Part shown: in pieces, positions 1 through 15,888 of the stretch | Position numbering within the stretch: the first letter of the stretch is position 1 | Layout of the letters: each line of letters opens with the position of its first letter | DNA from: Lingula anatina | Taxonomy: Eukaryota > Animalia > Brachiopoda | DNA length: 64,000 nucleotides | Assembly (NCBI GenBank): GCA_051362555.1 | Contig: CM120642.1 | Span: 27,900,001-27,964,000, forward strand | Reading direction: 5' to 3' | The notes under the pieces: model-generated | What the model saw: only the letters and a program-made list of their open reading frames with translations | What the model was told of the DNA's origin: nothing | Databases searched by the model: none | Program-made: the position numbers and the translations under genes

Positions 1-739
1 TCTACTCTGGATGACTGCTAACGGTTTGTCACAAAAATAATCAAGTGCAATGATTCATACACGAAATCAACAAAAACGAGATATAACTAAATATCAGTGC
101 CCAGTAAAATATGAATAATAATGCAGAGAAGAATATTATTGTCCTGGAGATCAAAAAGACGTAAAAGTGTAGAGTGTAAAAACTCTCAAGATAAGTATTC
201 AATTCAACAAGAATTTTTTTGTGGCAAAAAATCCATGCAAACTTAAAACTGTGATGCAGACAGACTGGTCACATGAACATTTTAATGAACAATGCTGGCT
301 CAGTTCTGAACAACTGAGTCACTGTTACACATAACACATATCACTCTCACTACTTACTGAAATCTAGAAAATTAAACAAAAATGGGATGAAAAATGTGAT
401 AAACTTTCAACGTGTTTACATTTGCCTTCTCAAACATGCACATAAAAGTAAAAGCAACCTTCACCATCTATATGTTGTAGTGAGTACATACTAAGTCTAC
501 TATTGCATCACTATACATGTATGTTACACATCTACATCTACAGTTGCATCCACTTAATTTGTTGGAATTGCAGTGAAGCTGGATATTTTTTCTTACATAA
601 TAAGAACTGAAAAATTCCATAGATCTACCAAAGAAGCTACTAAAAACACAATCTGTTATTCTACAAAATCTAAATTATTACATTTTTATGAAGTACATGA
701 AAATTATGAAAGTTTTGAAAAAAGTTTTGTTGAACCCAC

Positions 740-865
740 TCTTCTCTTCAAGGCATCCATCTGTCTTCTAACATTCCATCCCCGGAACATTTTCTGCAGT
801 GTTATTGCAGCCTCTATGATCTGCTTCTTGTTAGGCCCAGTTTTCTTAGGGTGGAATGTGCTGAG

Positions 866-897
<32 letters not shown>

Positions 898-3800
898 AAG
901 AAAAATCAGATCATCAAAAAAATCAAAGAGGAATCAGAAGTAAGCCTCAGAGAACTACTATTGCTAATTAAAATGGACCAGTCTGAAGATGAAATTTATA
1001 GATAACAGAAAAATAACTGAGGACAATGTTTGCTAAAATTTCCACCAGTCCAATCAGACTGAATAGTAACTCTTGTTCACATTACAATTAAGACATATCA
1101 AAACTTACTCATATATCTCCACATGGGGACCAATAACCGACAACTTTGCATTTACAATTGCCTTGTTCCTGGTATGTCTGAAAAGAAATGGGGCAAATTT
1201 ATCATTCTGATTATGATACAAATTAAACTAATGCACATCCAGCTTAATTTCTAGTAATCCTACACTGAAAATAAAGGTGTTAGTTTTTCAAGCTGGTCTA
1301 TATTAAGTCATGTGTGTAAGAAAAGATTCAAATAAGAAGTATCCTGGATAATGTTAGTCCGTCAGTCATCATCATAATAAAGGGTGTGTTTATGTCAGAT
1401 CATCTGTATTACACATCAAATAACATACTTGTTGTCACCTCTGCCTTTTCCATTCTCATAGCTTTCCTTACATTGTATTGTGTTGTATTGTATTGTATTG
1501 TATTGTATAATATATTAATATATATTATGTCTACTTACTGTCTTGTTGTCTCCTCGGCTTTCACCATTCTCATAGCTGCCTTTTCTACCTGCTTAGTTTT
1601 AAACTCCTTAGCCCAGATCATGGTGTCAGGATTAGGCTCTCGATTGTAAATGGCTTTCTTCCTAGATATATGCCCCCTATATGCTCTGTGATAGAGAAAA
1701 CTCAAATTACTATATCTGGACTATTCAGACAGTTTATGTAATATAGAAAACTCATAGTGTTACAGGTGGACTGCTGGTGTAATATTGAGAAAACCTCTAC
1801 ACACACAAGAGTTTAAAAAGACATTTTTGTACTAAAATTCTCATGGAAAATTTTACAGACAGACATTTATTTTGTAAAAGTCAAAATTTCACCTTTGTAT
1901 TTCTATGGCAGCTTTCCTTTCATCCTCCTTTCTTTCTCTCTCCTCTTTCATCAGGTACTTATAACTCTTCCTCACCACATAGCCTCGGAAAATTCTACAG
2001 TAAAAACAGTGTCCAATGGAGATGAATTTCTCAGTATAAATTGTTACATAAATTAGAAATAAAGAAGATTCTGTTTCATACTGCTACATGAGAAATGCAA
2101 TCATGTAAAAATCAGTGATACTACAGCAAGTTATATAAAGATTATATTTTAATTAAAATACTAAAATTATATCAAATTTTCAAAAATCATGAAGAAAATA
2201 TCAACATGCATTATTCACCTTATGCTGAAAATAACTTATAAATTGAAAACAGACTTATTTCAAAGAACTTTTGATTAAAAAAAAAACATTTCCAGATTAC
2301 TGACCTCTGGATGTCTACAGCAGCATTGGCCTCCTGCTGTCTCTTGACTGCTTCTTCCAATGCATCCTGTAAGAAAGTATTTAAACATGTACAATATGTG
2401 TTTTGCAGCAGTATCTGGTCTAAAACATTTTAAAGAAAATTATAGTAACAGTTAGACATTTTACAATTAGTGAGGAGCATAGTAAACATATACTTGAAAT
2501 CATGAACCTTAAAATTAAAAATTCAGTTGAATTTCCCATGGACTTACAGGATCAGTTGGCTGAAAATGCTCTGGAATTGGGCGCCCTGCTTTGGAGGGTT
2601 CCCTTTCCCCAGTGTTTGTCACAAAAACCATGTTATCCTCTTTATCATCTGTGTCCTCTTGTGATTCCTCAGTGTCCCCTGTGTCCCCTGTGTTATGTCT
2701 AGGACTTGTGACAATGGTGACACTTATTGGTGGACCAACAGGGGTGTCATTACTTGTGACTGAATTTGATGTCACCTTCTCTGTCATTGTGTCAGAATTG
2801 GAGATGTCTGCTGCATATTCGGAATCTAAAATGTATGCAGAAAATCATGGGATTAATATATAAGTTTCTCTAGATATGTCTTTTTCTTTCTTTCTTTTTA
2901 TTTAGTTTTTTGTTTTTTTGAAAGTAACTCATGGTAATTATTTAAATGAATGCAGGATCTTTCCCTTCCTAGTACACATAAGTTTGAGATCTTGTGAAAA
3001 GGGGTGTTTCTTTCAGGCTTTAAAAATCCTTGCGAGGCTCTAAATGGTCTCAGATACAAATATGCCTCCTGACAGTTAACTCTTCAGAGACGGATCTTGT
3101 TCGTGTAGTACTAAAGGTGTGGAAATCTTCACATAAGCATGTAATTGATATACTATTACCCCAATACATTTATTAGAGAAATAAATACATAAATTCAAAG
3201 CACAGACCTTTAACACTGAGCTGGTCAGATGATCCAAAAATGTCCAGTTCCTTTCTAATTCCTTCAGAGGTTGATGAGCTTGAAATGCTGGGGCTTCCTT
3301 TACTATTTGTATAACCTTCATAACCTGGTAGATCTGGGTCTCTCTGAGGCATCTCTGGCTGAGACTTGCTATCTGCTAAAATGAACAGATTTTATGTACA
3401 ACAAGTATTTAAAGGTATTACATTTATAATTTTATAATAATAATATATGCATAATAAAATATAATAAAATACTTGTTTTAACAAAGTTGACTTTCTGCCA
3501 TTATTTTGTGGCATGGTTTCACCAAGGAATAATTTTTATAAACCGGTTGACAACAAGATTCCTTAATATATATTACTTTAAAATTGCAACTGGTTGAGAG
3601 CAAAGGGAATACATGCATTTCTTGGATGCACTTATAACATGTAGCAGATGCATAATTCGACCAAAACATCTTATCTTTATACATATCTTTATGTGTAATG
3701 TATTGGACATAGTATCTTGAATCAATCTTATATTGGTAAAATTGATCAATTTTTCAAATTTAGTTTGGCCACATGACACAGTGTCTTCATCATTTGGCAA

Positions 3801-6800
3801 AACATTGGCTAGTACCTAGCTTGAGTCTAGATTGATATTTAACAGTGACTGTCCTTACCATCATCCAATGCAATTTGATTGGCCTGACACACCTCTTCAA
3901 ACTCATCAAACAGATCATAAGCGTCTTTCAGAGGTACTGGTGTTGGCTGACTTGATGAAGTTCTGGAGTTTAGTCTCAGAACAGTCAATGCTGACTGGAG
4001 TTCCTGGGGGTTGCTTGCATGACCCAAATTTGCTTGAGACCTTTCTGTGTCTGCTTGACGTAAATTGATGACTGAAAAACAAAGATATTAAATAATTTGT
4101 TTGCAAAGATTCTTTATCATTTTGTCTTTATGGCAGAGATTGTGCAGTGGAGGAATACTTTTTGTTGCTTGTTCACTGCAATTCTTTACAATTAATATTC
4201 TACATCATTCTGATAAATGTATAATATGTAATCAATTCAACCAATAAATTCTTATAACACAAGTGTTGTATTTGTGATAAACAAAAGTTAAAATTTGAAA
4301 GAAGAGAAAATCATAAAGTTGCAACAAATTCAAATTCAAAAATTTCGTAAGCTGAAATGAGACAGATAACTTCAACAGGTTGGAATAGAATATTAAGCTC
4401 TCATGAGGTGGTCACAATTTCAAAATCAGAAATCAATTTCATTGATAATGAAAAATGATATCAATGGCCGATCATAAAGAGATCATCAAAATAATAGTCT
4501 TTTGAGAAAAACAGCACATGAGCAGTACACAAGAGCATGGCCATACATCAAAACCACAACAGAACAAAATAATAAACAGGAGATTTCACAAAAGTTTTAA
4601 ATCAAGAAAATGAAGGTCACGAGATGAATAAAGACTTACTCTTCTTAGCAGTGTTCAACAGGTCTAGGGATAATTAGAAACATGATTGTGAAGAAATTGG
4701 CTTAAACTTGTTTTGAAACATTGAATATGTGATAAATATGATAAATGATTTTAAAATAGATTAATGCATTATTCAAATACTTAAAATGACTGGGATTACG
4801 ACAATAATTATTAATCTATACACAAATATAAGTAATTAATCTACAAACATTAATTCACACACAAACTAGTAAAACTGCAATCTCAAAAACAACATAAAAA
4901 CATACTTTTCTCCATGAACCTTCGGGGACTCTTCAATGTTCTGGCATGATGCTCCAGCTCAGCTAGATAGGAGCTACTCCTGCTTGCTCCTCGGGGGGTC
5001 CTGCCACCCAGGGGGTGATTTTGGGGGCTGGGAATGGAGGGAGGGGTTCTGGTAGGGGCTGATAACAACCTCTTTTTCTTCTGTTGCTGCATGTGCTGAA
5101 GATTCTGTAGTCTTTGGAATTGAGCACCGTGAATACGGAGTAAATTTTCCAGTTCCTCCGCCTTGGCGTCAATTCCCCTGGTTTTGGGTTTACTCGGTGG
5201 AGCCGTATGAGGTCGACAATCCCCGCAATAGTTCTCGGGTTTCTGTATTGCAGTTAACCAGTGTTCTCCATGGATCAGTTTCTCTGGGTCTGGCAAGTTG
5301 CCCTTCATGTATTCCTCAAAGTTGATATTTTCAAAATCCACGTCTGGGGCAAATGACCATGGATTGGAGATGGTCAGGTGGTATTTAGATTCTAGTCTTT
5401 GCTTGGCGTTGATGAGGGATTCATTTTCTTCCTGTGGAAAAGAAAAAAATGTTTTAGTATCTTGTGAGTGTGTCTGTATATAACTTTTAATTACCATTAA
5501 GCTGAATTTTCAACATATATATATATCTGAAAAAGCTTAGAAATAAAATTCTTTTAAAAAGTCAAAGAAGGTATAAACATTTAGAGAAAAAAAATATCAC
5601 CTGCATTTCTGACAGTCATCTAACATTACTAGAATACTTTACATAAAGTATGCCAACAACTGCTCTGATTTTAACTGCTGATTGGAAAAACTAAAATGTA
5701 TCAGTAACCGAGTATTTAACATAGGGTAGGAAATTCTTTTCTGCCATGGATCACAATAATACCTTAGTTTCCTTAGTTTCAAGCCCTTCTTCTTTGTCAG
5801 CTTTGTTTTCCTTCTCCTCCCCCTCATTCATATCCTCCCTCTCTCCTGTGATACTTGGAGGCTTGCCCAGAGATGAAATATCACTGGCATTGTCCATGTG
5901 GTCAAAGGGGTCATTCTGGTCAGCGTCGTCCACCTCTAGGTGGTCAGGTTGGTCACTTTGGTCTTCACTAATGAGTTCTTGGTCATCTCCTTTATAACCA
6001 TCCTACAAATGTTGATTTTAAAATCATTGATCTTGGCCATCATCATCTCCTTTATGGCCATCTTACGAGCACTAATTTGTTTGACATTAAACAGAACACG
6101 AATGGTAGTTCACTTTGCAATTACTTTTAATATTCATGCTTATAACAGATAATGAAATTCTGAACTTTATAATCCTGACAAAAATTAACTGAAAAATGTT
6201 CATCATACACCATGTATGCCTGATTATGAGACATATAACTCAAAAGAATTTTTTTACCAAAAGATAAAATTCAACAATACTTGTTATGTAACAAAATAAT
6301 GCCAGATTAACTTCATCTCTCCTCCAGGTACCACATTTTTTTTTTACCTGTAACCGATTAATAAGATCCATATCTAAACTCTTCATCATGGTATCTGGCC
6401 TGTCACCATCTCCAATGTTGGAGTCACTGCCCTTGTAGCCATAGTATTTCTGAGATACATGTGCACTGGAGATGCTGGGGGAGTCCCCCGCAGCAGAGTG
6501 TAGGGGAACGGGAAGATTGACGTCGCGGGGTGTGGTGACCATGCTGCGGGTGGTGACACATAAAATAAAATAAATTTTGAAGTGCACTTATATAGATGGA
6601 GGTTAAGGGGATAAAGAGATCTTGGGGAATCACAACTTAAAATTTCGTGATTTCAAAGCTGGATATGTATTTCAAAATAAAAATAGTTTTTACATTTTGT
6701 TGATCAAAAGCATATTAAACTATTTAATTTGTGTCTAACTTGGAGACATGTAACATGCTTAGAATAATGTGCAGAATAAAACAATAGTCAGGAGAATAGC

Positions 6801-9800
6801 TGCAAACAGAAATATGCTAAAAATATGTTTAAAATGATAATAAGTAAATTTGTTCTACAACTGTTTAACTCAATAACTGTGGGCAAGAGCAAATGAATTT
6901 CAATATTGGTGGTTTTGAACAACACAAAAATAAAATGACAAGTAATGATAAATTTCCTCACCTTTCCATGTGACCATCTTTCTTTGGGGGTACTAAAATA
7001 GAACAAAGGCATTTTTAAATGATTGTTAATTAAAATAAACTTGCTTTGGATTTCATTTTTTCATCTCTTGACATTTGAAAAATAAATTTAAAAAAATTCA
7101 AAATAAATAAATGAACATCAGTAGTACAATAAATATAAATAAGTACTTACTTAGGATTGATCTGGGGGCCACAAGAGAGAGGAATTCCATGTCTTTAGAA
7201 CCTGGAGGAGGATAGTCTGCTCTGAATGAAGGAGCACTGCTGCCACCTTCTGGAGAGAACAGGGTCACTTTGTGATGAACCTGGTGGTAGAAAAAAAAAA
7301 ACACTCACAGTTGTTGACCCATAAGAGTGGTTACATTCTAAAATTAATTCTTTGCAATTCAATTTTGTACTGTCAAGTTAAATTCCCATCAAATTAATAA
7401 GCATGAGTTTAAGATGGCACATTCCTGGCAGTTTATAAGATTAATTTTTAATTTACAAAATAAAATATACTTTGTGAGGTATTTGGAATTTAAGGATAGA
7501 CTAGTCAAAAATATTATTTATAAAAGGGGAAAATTTGACAAGTGAATGTATGAATGTAAAATTGTGAAAAGTAATTCATTTTAGCGTTTTCAAAATGATA
7601 ACTACATGAGGATAGTTATTGTGCCAATGATGCCAAACACTGAGTATATTTGGAAGTAAGCAATCAGCACTTGAATGTAAATAGGCAGAATACAGCCCTC
7701 TTAAGTAAAATAAACACATAAAATACCTGTTTGACTTTGGACAGTATATCATCTTCTGGTTCTCCTGGTCTGAAAAAGTATTATATCCAGTGAACAGAAA
7801 ATATAAATTTCAAATAAAAAAAATCCCATATTTCTACATATCTTTTTGCCACTTCTTGATTCAATATATATCAATTTTCACACTATTTTCTCCGCGTATT
7901 AAATGCAATATTAACATGTAAGTGCAAATCTTTAATAAATTATTTCAATTTTCACGCCCATGAAAAAAATCTGAACTGAAAGACAACTGAGAACATGAGG
8001 GGCTATGGGACCATTCAGATCGTGAAGAACCGATTGCTAGCTAGGCCCCGACCTTAATATAAAGGCAGACCTACATGAAAGGAAGACCGCTTAATCATGT
8101 AATGGTCTCTCCACCTCTCACATGCCTCCCCACGCGATGATTCTCAACCGGTTGAATTTAGCCTTGATTTAATTACTGTGCCCCTGCAATGACGATGCAT
8201 GGGGAGGTGTGTGAAAGGCAGAGAGATTATTAGAAGATTAAGCAGTCTTCCTTTCATGTAGGTCCGCCATACTTAGGTTGTGGCCTAGCTAGCACTTGGC
8301 TCTTCTTGATCTGAATGGGGCCTTGGACACAACACCTTATTATATTCTTCACAGTTAAGGGTGAAGGGGAGAATTGGAGCAAACATCTATTAACAGCACT
8401 TTTACTTTACTCTCAGATTGCAGATAGTAGAAGTCTTGGTAGATTTAAGCAGGACTCAGTTTCACAAAAGAATAAATTTGAGATCAAAGTTGTTTAACTA
8501 TAAAAACAAACTTGAGGTTTTAGTCAACTTAACCTAGAGATAATCGGTAACAGTCAACTTAAAAAAATGTTGTTTTCTAAAAAAAAAGTTGTTTTTAAAC
8601 TTAAAGTACTTCATCTTGTGAGCAGTTACAGAATTTACCCTGGCTTGAAAAAGACCAATTATTTGTTTTAGAGTTCAGGCAAAGTATTTCAGTTTAGTTC
8701 ATTTGTGAAACTGGCAGGGCCTAGAGAAGGATCTACTAAAGGGCAATTTAGGCAACATGTTGAAACAAGTAACACAGTATCTGAATGATACCATTCACAG
8801 TTTGAAATAAAATTAACGAATAAAATTAACTGGCAAGCTTAACAATGCTCTTATATTTATATGAAAAAAATTAATATCCCAGCAAATCTAAATTGCTACA
8901 TAGTAAAGGAGAAAATTACTCTTCTATTTACGTAGCACAAACAAACTCATTCAGTCACTGGCAATGGAAATTGGGCTCAGTTAAAAATTTACAAAAAGAC
9001 TTTTACAAAGATTGTTTTACCTGAAAATATTAATGTTAAATATAACTAAACAAATTAAAAATTTTATTACACAAATCAAGAAAAAAAATCCAGTACAGTA
9101 AGCAGCACTTGGACAATTATTTACTGCAAAATAGGATGACTTACTATTAGCTAAAGAAAAGGTAAATTTTTTACTTTACATGCATCTCTCTCTCTTGCTC
9201 TCTCTCTCTCTCTCTCTTTGTGTACATGCACATGCCTTCCCGTAGTGTACATGTGCATGGGTATTTGCACTTGACAATTATTACTTCATGCGTGTGTGCA
9301 AATGCAGGTTGGGAAAATGAAGAGTAAATGCAAAAGGAGTTTCTAAAGGACTATACTAAGGTTTACCAACATCTACTTCCCTCAAATTAATTATAATAAC
9401 ATGCTATACACTACCTGACAATTCGGACCCTCTTAATTTTTGGTAATTTACTTAAATGTTAATGAGAAAAAAAGAAAATAAGTTCACCTAATTATAAGTA
9501 TTCACAATAATGAGCAATTCTGGTCTACTACTTGTAAAAAAAAGGGTTTCTAAACAAGTTGAAATACAATGTACTGGAACTTACTAGCTAAGTAAACTTA
9601 AAGTAATGTCATTAGTACATTGAATATGGAGTACGGAATAACTGCTCAAACCCCAATAATTGTTCTAGAATCTCTGGCTTTCTCAAATACCAACAAATGT
9701 GAAATAGAACAACTTAGAGGCAACAAGGTTACCAATGGGTCATATAAATAAATAAATGACTTGTTCATTAAGTCATTCTCACCTTGGATTTCCTGATCCC

Positions 9801-12800
9801 AGGTTGTGTACTTTCACCATGGAGGAGACCACTGAGGGGTCAACCTGGGTCACGGTGTTGCTGGCCGCCTGAGCTATCCGAGAATTGTCATCACTTGGCT
9901 GAAAACCAAAGTCATATTATAGATTTCAGGAGGCTTCTTAAGTTCTGACAGTAAAATTATTAATTTTTAGTTGATAAGACATTTATTATAAATTAAAAAT
10001 GCTTCTTTTGACTTACATGGACCCCAATGGATTTTTACTTTCTTGTGTAATGCTCGTATTTATCATGTATTTTTATGTGTAAAATAAAAAAAATAAATAT
10101 TATTAAATAAATTATATCATTATATCATATCAAATATTGACTATTATCTAGCACTATACCTTGTCTGTATTCCACTTCTCCCTGACTGTCATTGGGGCTG
10201 TCTTGGGCCTTTTTCCAGCAGACGTACTCCCTGCTGACCTGTGAGATATCTTCTGCTTCAACTTCTTCATGTAAGTGTGGCCTCCAAAACTTGTGGTGGC
10301 CCATCTGGAAAGGAAAGGGGATTCATGTATTCATTGCCCCACTATGTGCTCAAACATGTAAAAAAATCTAGGAGTCACTATCAAAGATGTTTGAACATGA
10401 TTAAAATCTTAAGTAACAGAAATAAAAAATGCTCATACCCCTGAAATCTCCCTGTCGATCAAAATTTTACATGAAAAAAAAAAATTACTGAAATATTTTT
10501 CAAGAATACGAAATTATTAAAAAATTGTTACACCTCAGAGGAAGAAGTACAATTTATATGATATCATAAAGACCATATGACATTCAATACACTATCACAA
10601 CATTTATTCTGAACATAATATGATTATCTGATAATAAACTTACTTGTATCTTGTGGTGTCTGGAGTGATTCTCCCCCTCCAGTCTATTGCCTGCATGACA
10701 GGGTTCTGGACAGCGGGCGGCGGCTGTGGTCGACTGAAGTGGACAGTCCACTCAGAGTCCTCCTCTCTTGGAGATTCATCATTCCTCTCAGATCTAAAGG
10801 AAATAGGAGACAGAAAATGTTAAAATTATTACCCCAAAAAAAAAAAATAAAAATTCCTTACAGACCAAGCAAACAAATAAGAACTTCCTTACGTCCCTCA
10901 AGTTCCCCAAAGTCTCTGATCATATATTGTGTACTACTTACTGTGGACTAGTAGGTGGGTTGGACCTCATGAAAGGTACGGCAGTGTTTGGACGACTAGC
11001 GACAACTACAGCGGTTGGTGGGCGGAAGCCATTTAAAGGTTCAGGGGTCAGCTGAAATTGATGGTATGAAGTAAGCATTAGAATGATTTACGAATAAATT
11101 CTATTTTGATCTCCAGTTTACTTCTCACCTTTGCAAATTATATTGGGGAAATATGACACATTGTTCACTTCCTTTCATGTATTTCTTAAAATCATTAGTC
11201 TATGGCCTATTAGAAACAAAAGAAATATTGATGTAAAAATTATGATTCTGACAATAAACAATTCTGAAATATCAAACATTCTAATGGCCATGGGAAAAAA
11301 AGGAATATTTCAACATAAACATCAACAACATCGTAACTTATTAAATCTACCTGCTTCATCTTACCTTTTCTTTGTAATAATTTAAGTCATCAGTGACTGA
11401 GTCTATGAGGTTGACCACAGTGTCCAGTTTGACGTCCAGTCTTGGTTTGGGCTCAGGAGGAGGGTCAGGCATCACATGTTGGAGGCTGACCGCACCAAGG
11501 GCAGACTTTGACCTAAAGTTGAAACAGAATAACATTGTCAAGTCTTAGAATTTTAGAATATATGTCTTTCAACAAAATCATGATTCATAGAACGTTCCGC
11601 AGTGATTCTGACAGGACTTTTGGTATCCATTATTTGTGTGGTCAATATCAAGAGTGTGTAATGTAAAAAGTGTTTGAGTCCACTCCCAATTCTCTCTTTA
11701 ATACTATCAAATGCCTAAGACTATAAAAACTTCAAGATACCACAGAATGTTTGTAAATACATATCTAGTGCCCAACTCAACCATGGCTGGAACCTCACTG
11801 AAAACTTAAACTTACTCAAAGCCTACAATGCCTAGAATATATTAAAGTTCAACTCTATGTATTCCCTTGACTTTAAAGCTGTACAATCAAAGCCATGAAA
11901 AAATTATAACAAAAACATCAATAATTATCACAATTGTGCTTCTTACCTATTCTTTGGCGTGGCTGCTCTACTCCTCATGGCACCAAAATTGGTCATAACA
12001 GAGGCTGACCTCTTGGCCCCGGGAGGAGTGGACTTTGGCCTCGTTGCAGCCACCACAGAAGAGGGGTATTTGGGTGTGTCTGGGTAGTACCCCTCGGCCA
12101 GCTGATAGAACTCTTCTGTAGTTTTGGACACCAGCATTTTCGGGTCAATGCCGGGTGCTGGACCTGTTGCATTAAACGTGTGCATTTAAATAATTGAGAT
12201 GAATTTAAAAAATTAGATGATTTCAGTTGATGATGTTCTGACTCTTCTGGTGCTCACCTGTCACATTTTAATTTATGAAAATTATTATTAATTTATTAAA
12301 ATAAATGTTACAATATTATCATCCTATCAAACAAAGTTTTACTATTAATAAAATAAACCTAATGCTTAATGAGCACAAATCTGAAATGTTGCAGTTCTTT
12401 TTTTGTGACAAAAAACAGCCAAGCAACAATTCAGGGAATAATCCAAAATTTTACAAGAAACTTAGATAATTGAATCAGATGCTCCATAAAAGCATCTGTA
12501 TTACTTATTTGCACGAAAAAAACATATAAAAGAGGGTGTTTTTGTTATCAATCACTACAGAAATGAAAAGAAATATGAACCTGTGCCATGCAGTCTAGAA
12601 TATCCCACAACAATATCCTTCGTGTACTCCTCTGGGGTCTCACCGAGGTCATGCGCTGCGTAACGAACCCCCTGGGGCTGACCCCCACGACCAATAAACT
12701 GGAGGTTACCTGATAATAACACAGTCAAAAAAAATTAAAGATATTTTTTTATCTTACAATGTTGCAAAAGTCAAATATTTCTATGCACTACTTCAAATAA

Positions 12801-15800
12801 GTCAAACCAAATATACTCCCGACAGTTTTTTTTAACAGTACAAATATTGCAGACTGAGGCTTGAATCCTCCTTTACATATTACATAGACCCTTTTGCATT
12901 TTTTCCCACACCTTAAATTTGTGTAAGTTTGCACCTGTCAAACTTGTAAAATTAAATCTACTATTCTGACTGGGAATGAGTGTCAATATTTGAGCCAACA
13001 AAGTGTCTCATAATGAATACAATTCTAAACTGCAAACCTCTTCAGTAACAACATGAGAAATATAATATAGTAATTAAGGAAAGAAAAATAAATCCTTATA
13101 GAAAATAGACTACCTAGCATCTCCTGTCCATAAGTCTGGTCCTGCTGGAATTCATTCCATGATCTCAGTCTGGCATTGCGCTCCTCTAATGGCGTCCTAG
13201 CCCTATCTGGCGATAACTGACCAGAAGACAGATTATCTGAAAATAATAGTCTGAAAGTCATTCATATGATTAACTTGACGGATGATACATGTAATTTTAG
13301 CTTTGTACTAAAGTGATTTTGTTCTGGGTATTCAGAAAAACTGCAGACTTCTGCTACAAATTGCACTCGTTAATCTTCATCAATGTCATTTATCACTATT
13401 CTTAATGTTAATCTAGTCATACACTTAACAATACAAAAAAAAGACTGATGACCCGATTTCAAGCAACACACACTTGCAGAACATCAATTTTTTTTCAACT
13501 TTTTTAGGAAACAAAAAAGAGAAATGTCACACAGAAGATGAAGAAATGAAACCCAACTTTTTGCAAACAAACTAAACCAAATCAAAAACAAATAAGATAG
13601 AAGTAAACAAAAGTGACAAAACGTAAAACAGTGATGAAGCAAAAATGAAAAGGTCATAAAAATAAAAACTGACTGCTATTATAATAAAAGTGTGACTTTT
13701 TCTTTAATATGAGTTAAAAGTAAAAAGGCAGTGGTGAACAGGCACATACCTGAGCATTTCAGATACGTGAGTTATGACAATATTACCAGATCACATAACA
13801 TGTGATCCTCTGACATCAATAAATAATTATCAGATCAGCACACCTGACATTTGATAATTTGTCAGATATTTTAAAAACACTTGGATTGAAATGACAATAA
13901 GCAGAAAACTGTCAAAGTAGCAATCTTGAGATGTCCAGAGTTGACATGTAAAAGTTGACACTCAGGCATGACGCATATCACTAAATGAATGTGATATGCC
14001 AAGAACAGATTTCATTAACATAAAATGTGAAACAGAAACTGAAATATCACTCCTGAAAGCAAGAAGCAGTGACACTTAAATACCTTTCCCTTTCTTTTTC
14101 TTTTCCTTTACTGAAAGAAATATGTATCAAAACTTGCAATGAATTAATGAAAACTTGGGTGTCGTCCATGAGTGCATTTGCAACCTATGACTATTGTGCT
14201 CATATCAAACAACAGTTTAAAATTTATTAGCTACAGATATTTATTATGTTATTAGCTATAACAAAACATCAATTAAACCTCTAATATCTAACACTATGTC
14301 TCTCTGTCTCAACCCCATTGGCTATTATCTAATTCATTTGTAAATTTTATAATTAGTGTCCTCATTACCTGGATTAGATTCTACTCTTATTTTCACGGGA
14401 CTACTGACATCAGACATTTGGTCAATGTCAAAATGAGGCTGAGGTGTGGAGGGGTGATGTTCACTTAATTGCACAACATGGGGATTGACTAAGGCTGCCA
14501 CCGGGTGCACCATTCTGGGAGGCACAGTGACATCTTCTCTAGGGGCAGGGGGAGGTTGAGGGATTGGCTGAAATGAGACAAGATGTAACTATGTAGTATT
14601 GATAATACTGTATAAATATTGTCAAGTGTAATTTGCCTGTTTAGTCTGCTCTTGTTAAAGGATATCTTTTTATTTACCACTTTTCTCATCATTTTCCATG
14701 GAAACAAAAACCTATTAGCTCTTATACAGTTAGAAAGACAAAAATGTCAATTCGACATTTATCTTTGGACTCATACCTTTAAAACAGAAAGAGAAGCTCC
14801 TGGATATTATCACATAATTAATATTTAATTAACAGTTACTGTTATCAGTCACCAATGATTTCACCAGCAAAATTCTTGCTATTTTTAATTACCTTGGTTT
14901 CTGTACTGGCAGCTGGTTTATTATTTGGCACTTCAGTGGCTGGTAAGGGAGCTGGAGCAATATTCTCATCTTGTATTTTTTCTTTGCTGGGTGCTGTTGC
15001 CTTCAGTGGCTTTCCCTGGGTAATCTGACAAAGTTATGTTTTCAATAAAATTACCAAGATATATCTTCACTTAATTTTATGCAATAACTTTAAGATAATT
15101 CAATACACTGGTTTGACTATGATTAAATTTAAGATATCAACTGAAAAGTGTAAATAATTTTCATTTATAAGCCTGTCAGACTACACCTCTTGTATAAGCA
15201 CTTTAAAAAGTTATTCGTTAAGAGAGGTTTATATGGTACTTCTGTCAAACAGGTACTTGAGAGCTATTGCACTCTTTCAATATTTACCTTTTCTCTATTC
15301 AGCTGTGGAGGGGACTGTAGCCTAGGTGACTCAAACTGGAAAGACACATTTTGAATGAGAAAATAATCTACTGCTTCAACCTAAACCCTGCCACTTTCAT
15401 TCCACTGCTGTTATTATATATTGAAATGAAAAATATTTGGTCTTTTTTTGTTTAATTTTTTTCCTGAGAATACCTATAATTTTAGGAATTTTCATTCCTC
15501 TTTTTTTGCCTGGCTGTACACATATTTGTCATTTTAAGTGTCAACATAAAGAAATCTATTTATAGGCTTCTTCACTTTGTGAAGGCAGTGACTGCATCCA
15601 ATTCATACATCATTCAGATAAAAAATTGCATTAACTCAGACAAAAATTGTCACAAAATGCATATTTGAACAAATAAACATTTTAGCAATGCCATAAGTTT
15701 TTCAAATAGGACATTGTAATTATGTTGTCAACTTGGCATTTGCTTCACATTTAAAATATATTATGAACTATATTTCACCAATGCCAAACTCTCTCTTAGA

Positions 15801-15853
15801 GTCTTTTATTTTAATCAGTCACCTTAAAGCGAATTTTTGAATAAAGTTAGTTT

Positions 15854-15888
<35 letters not shown>

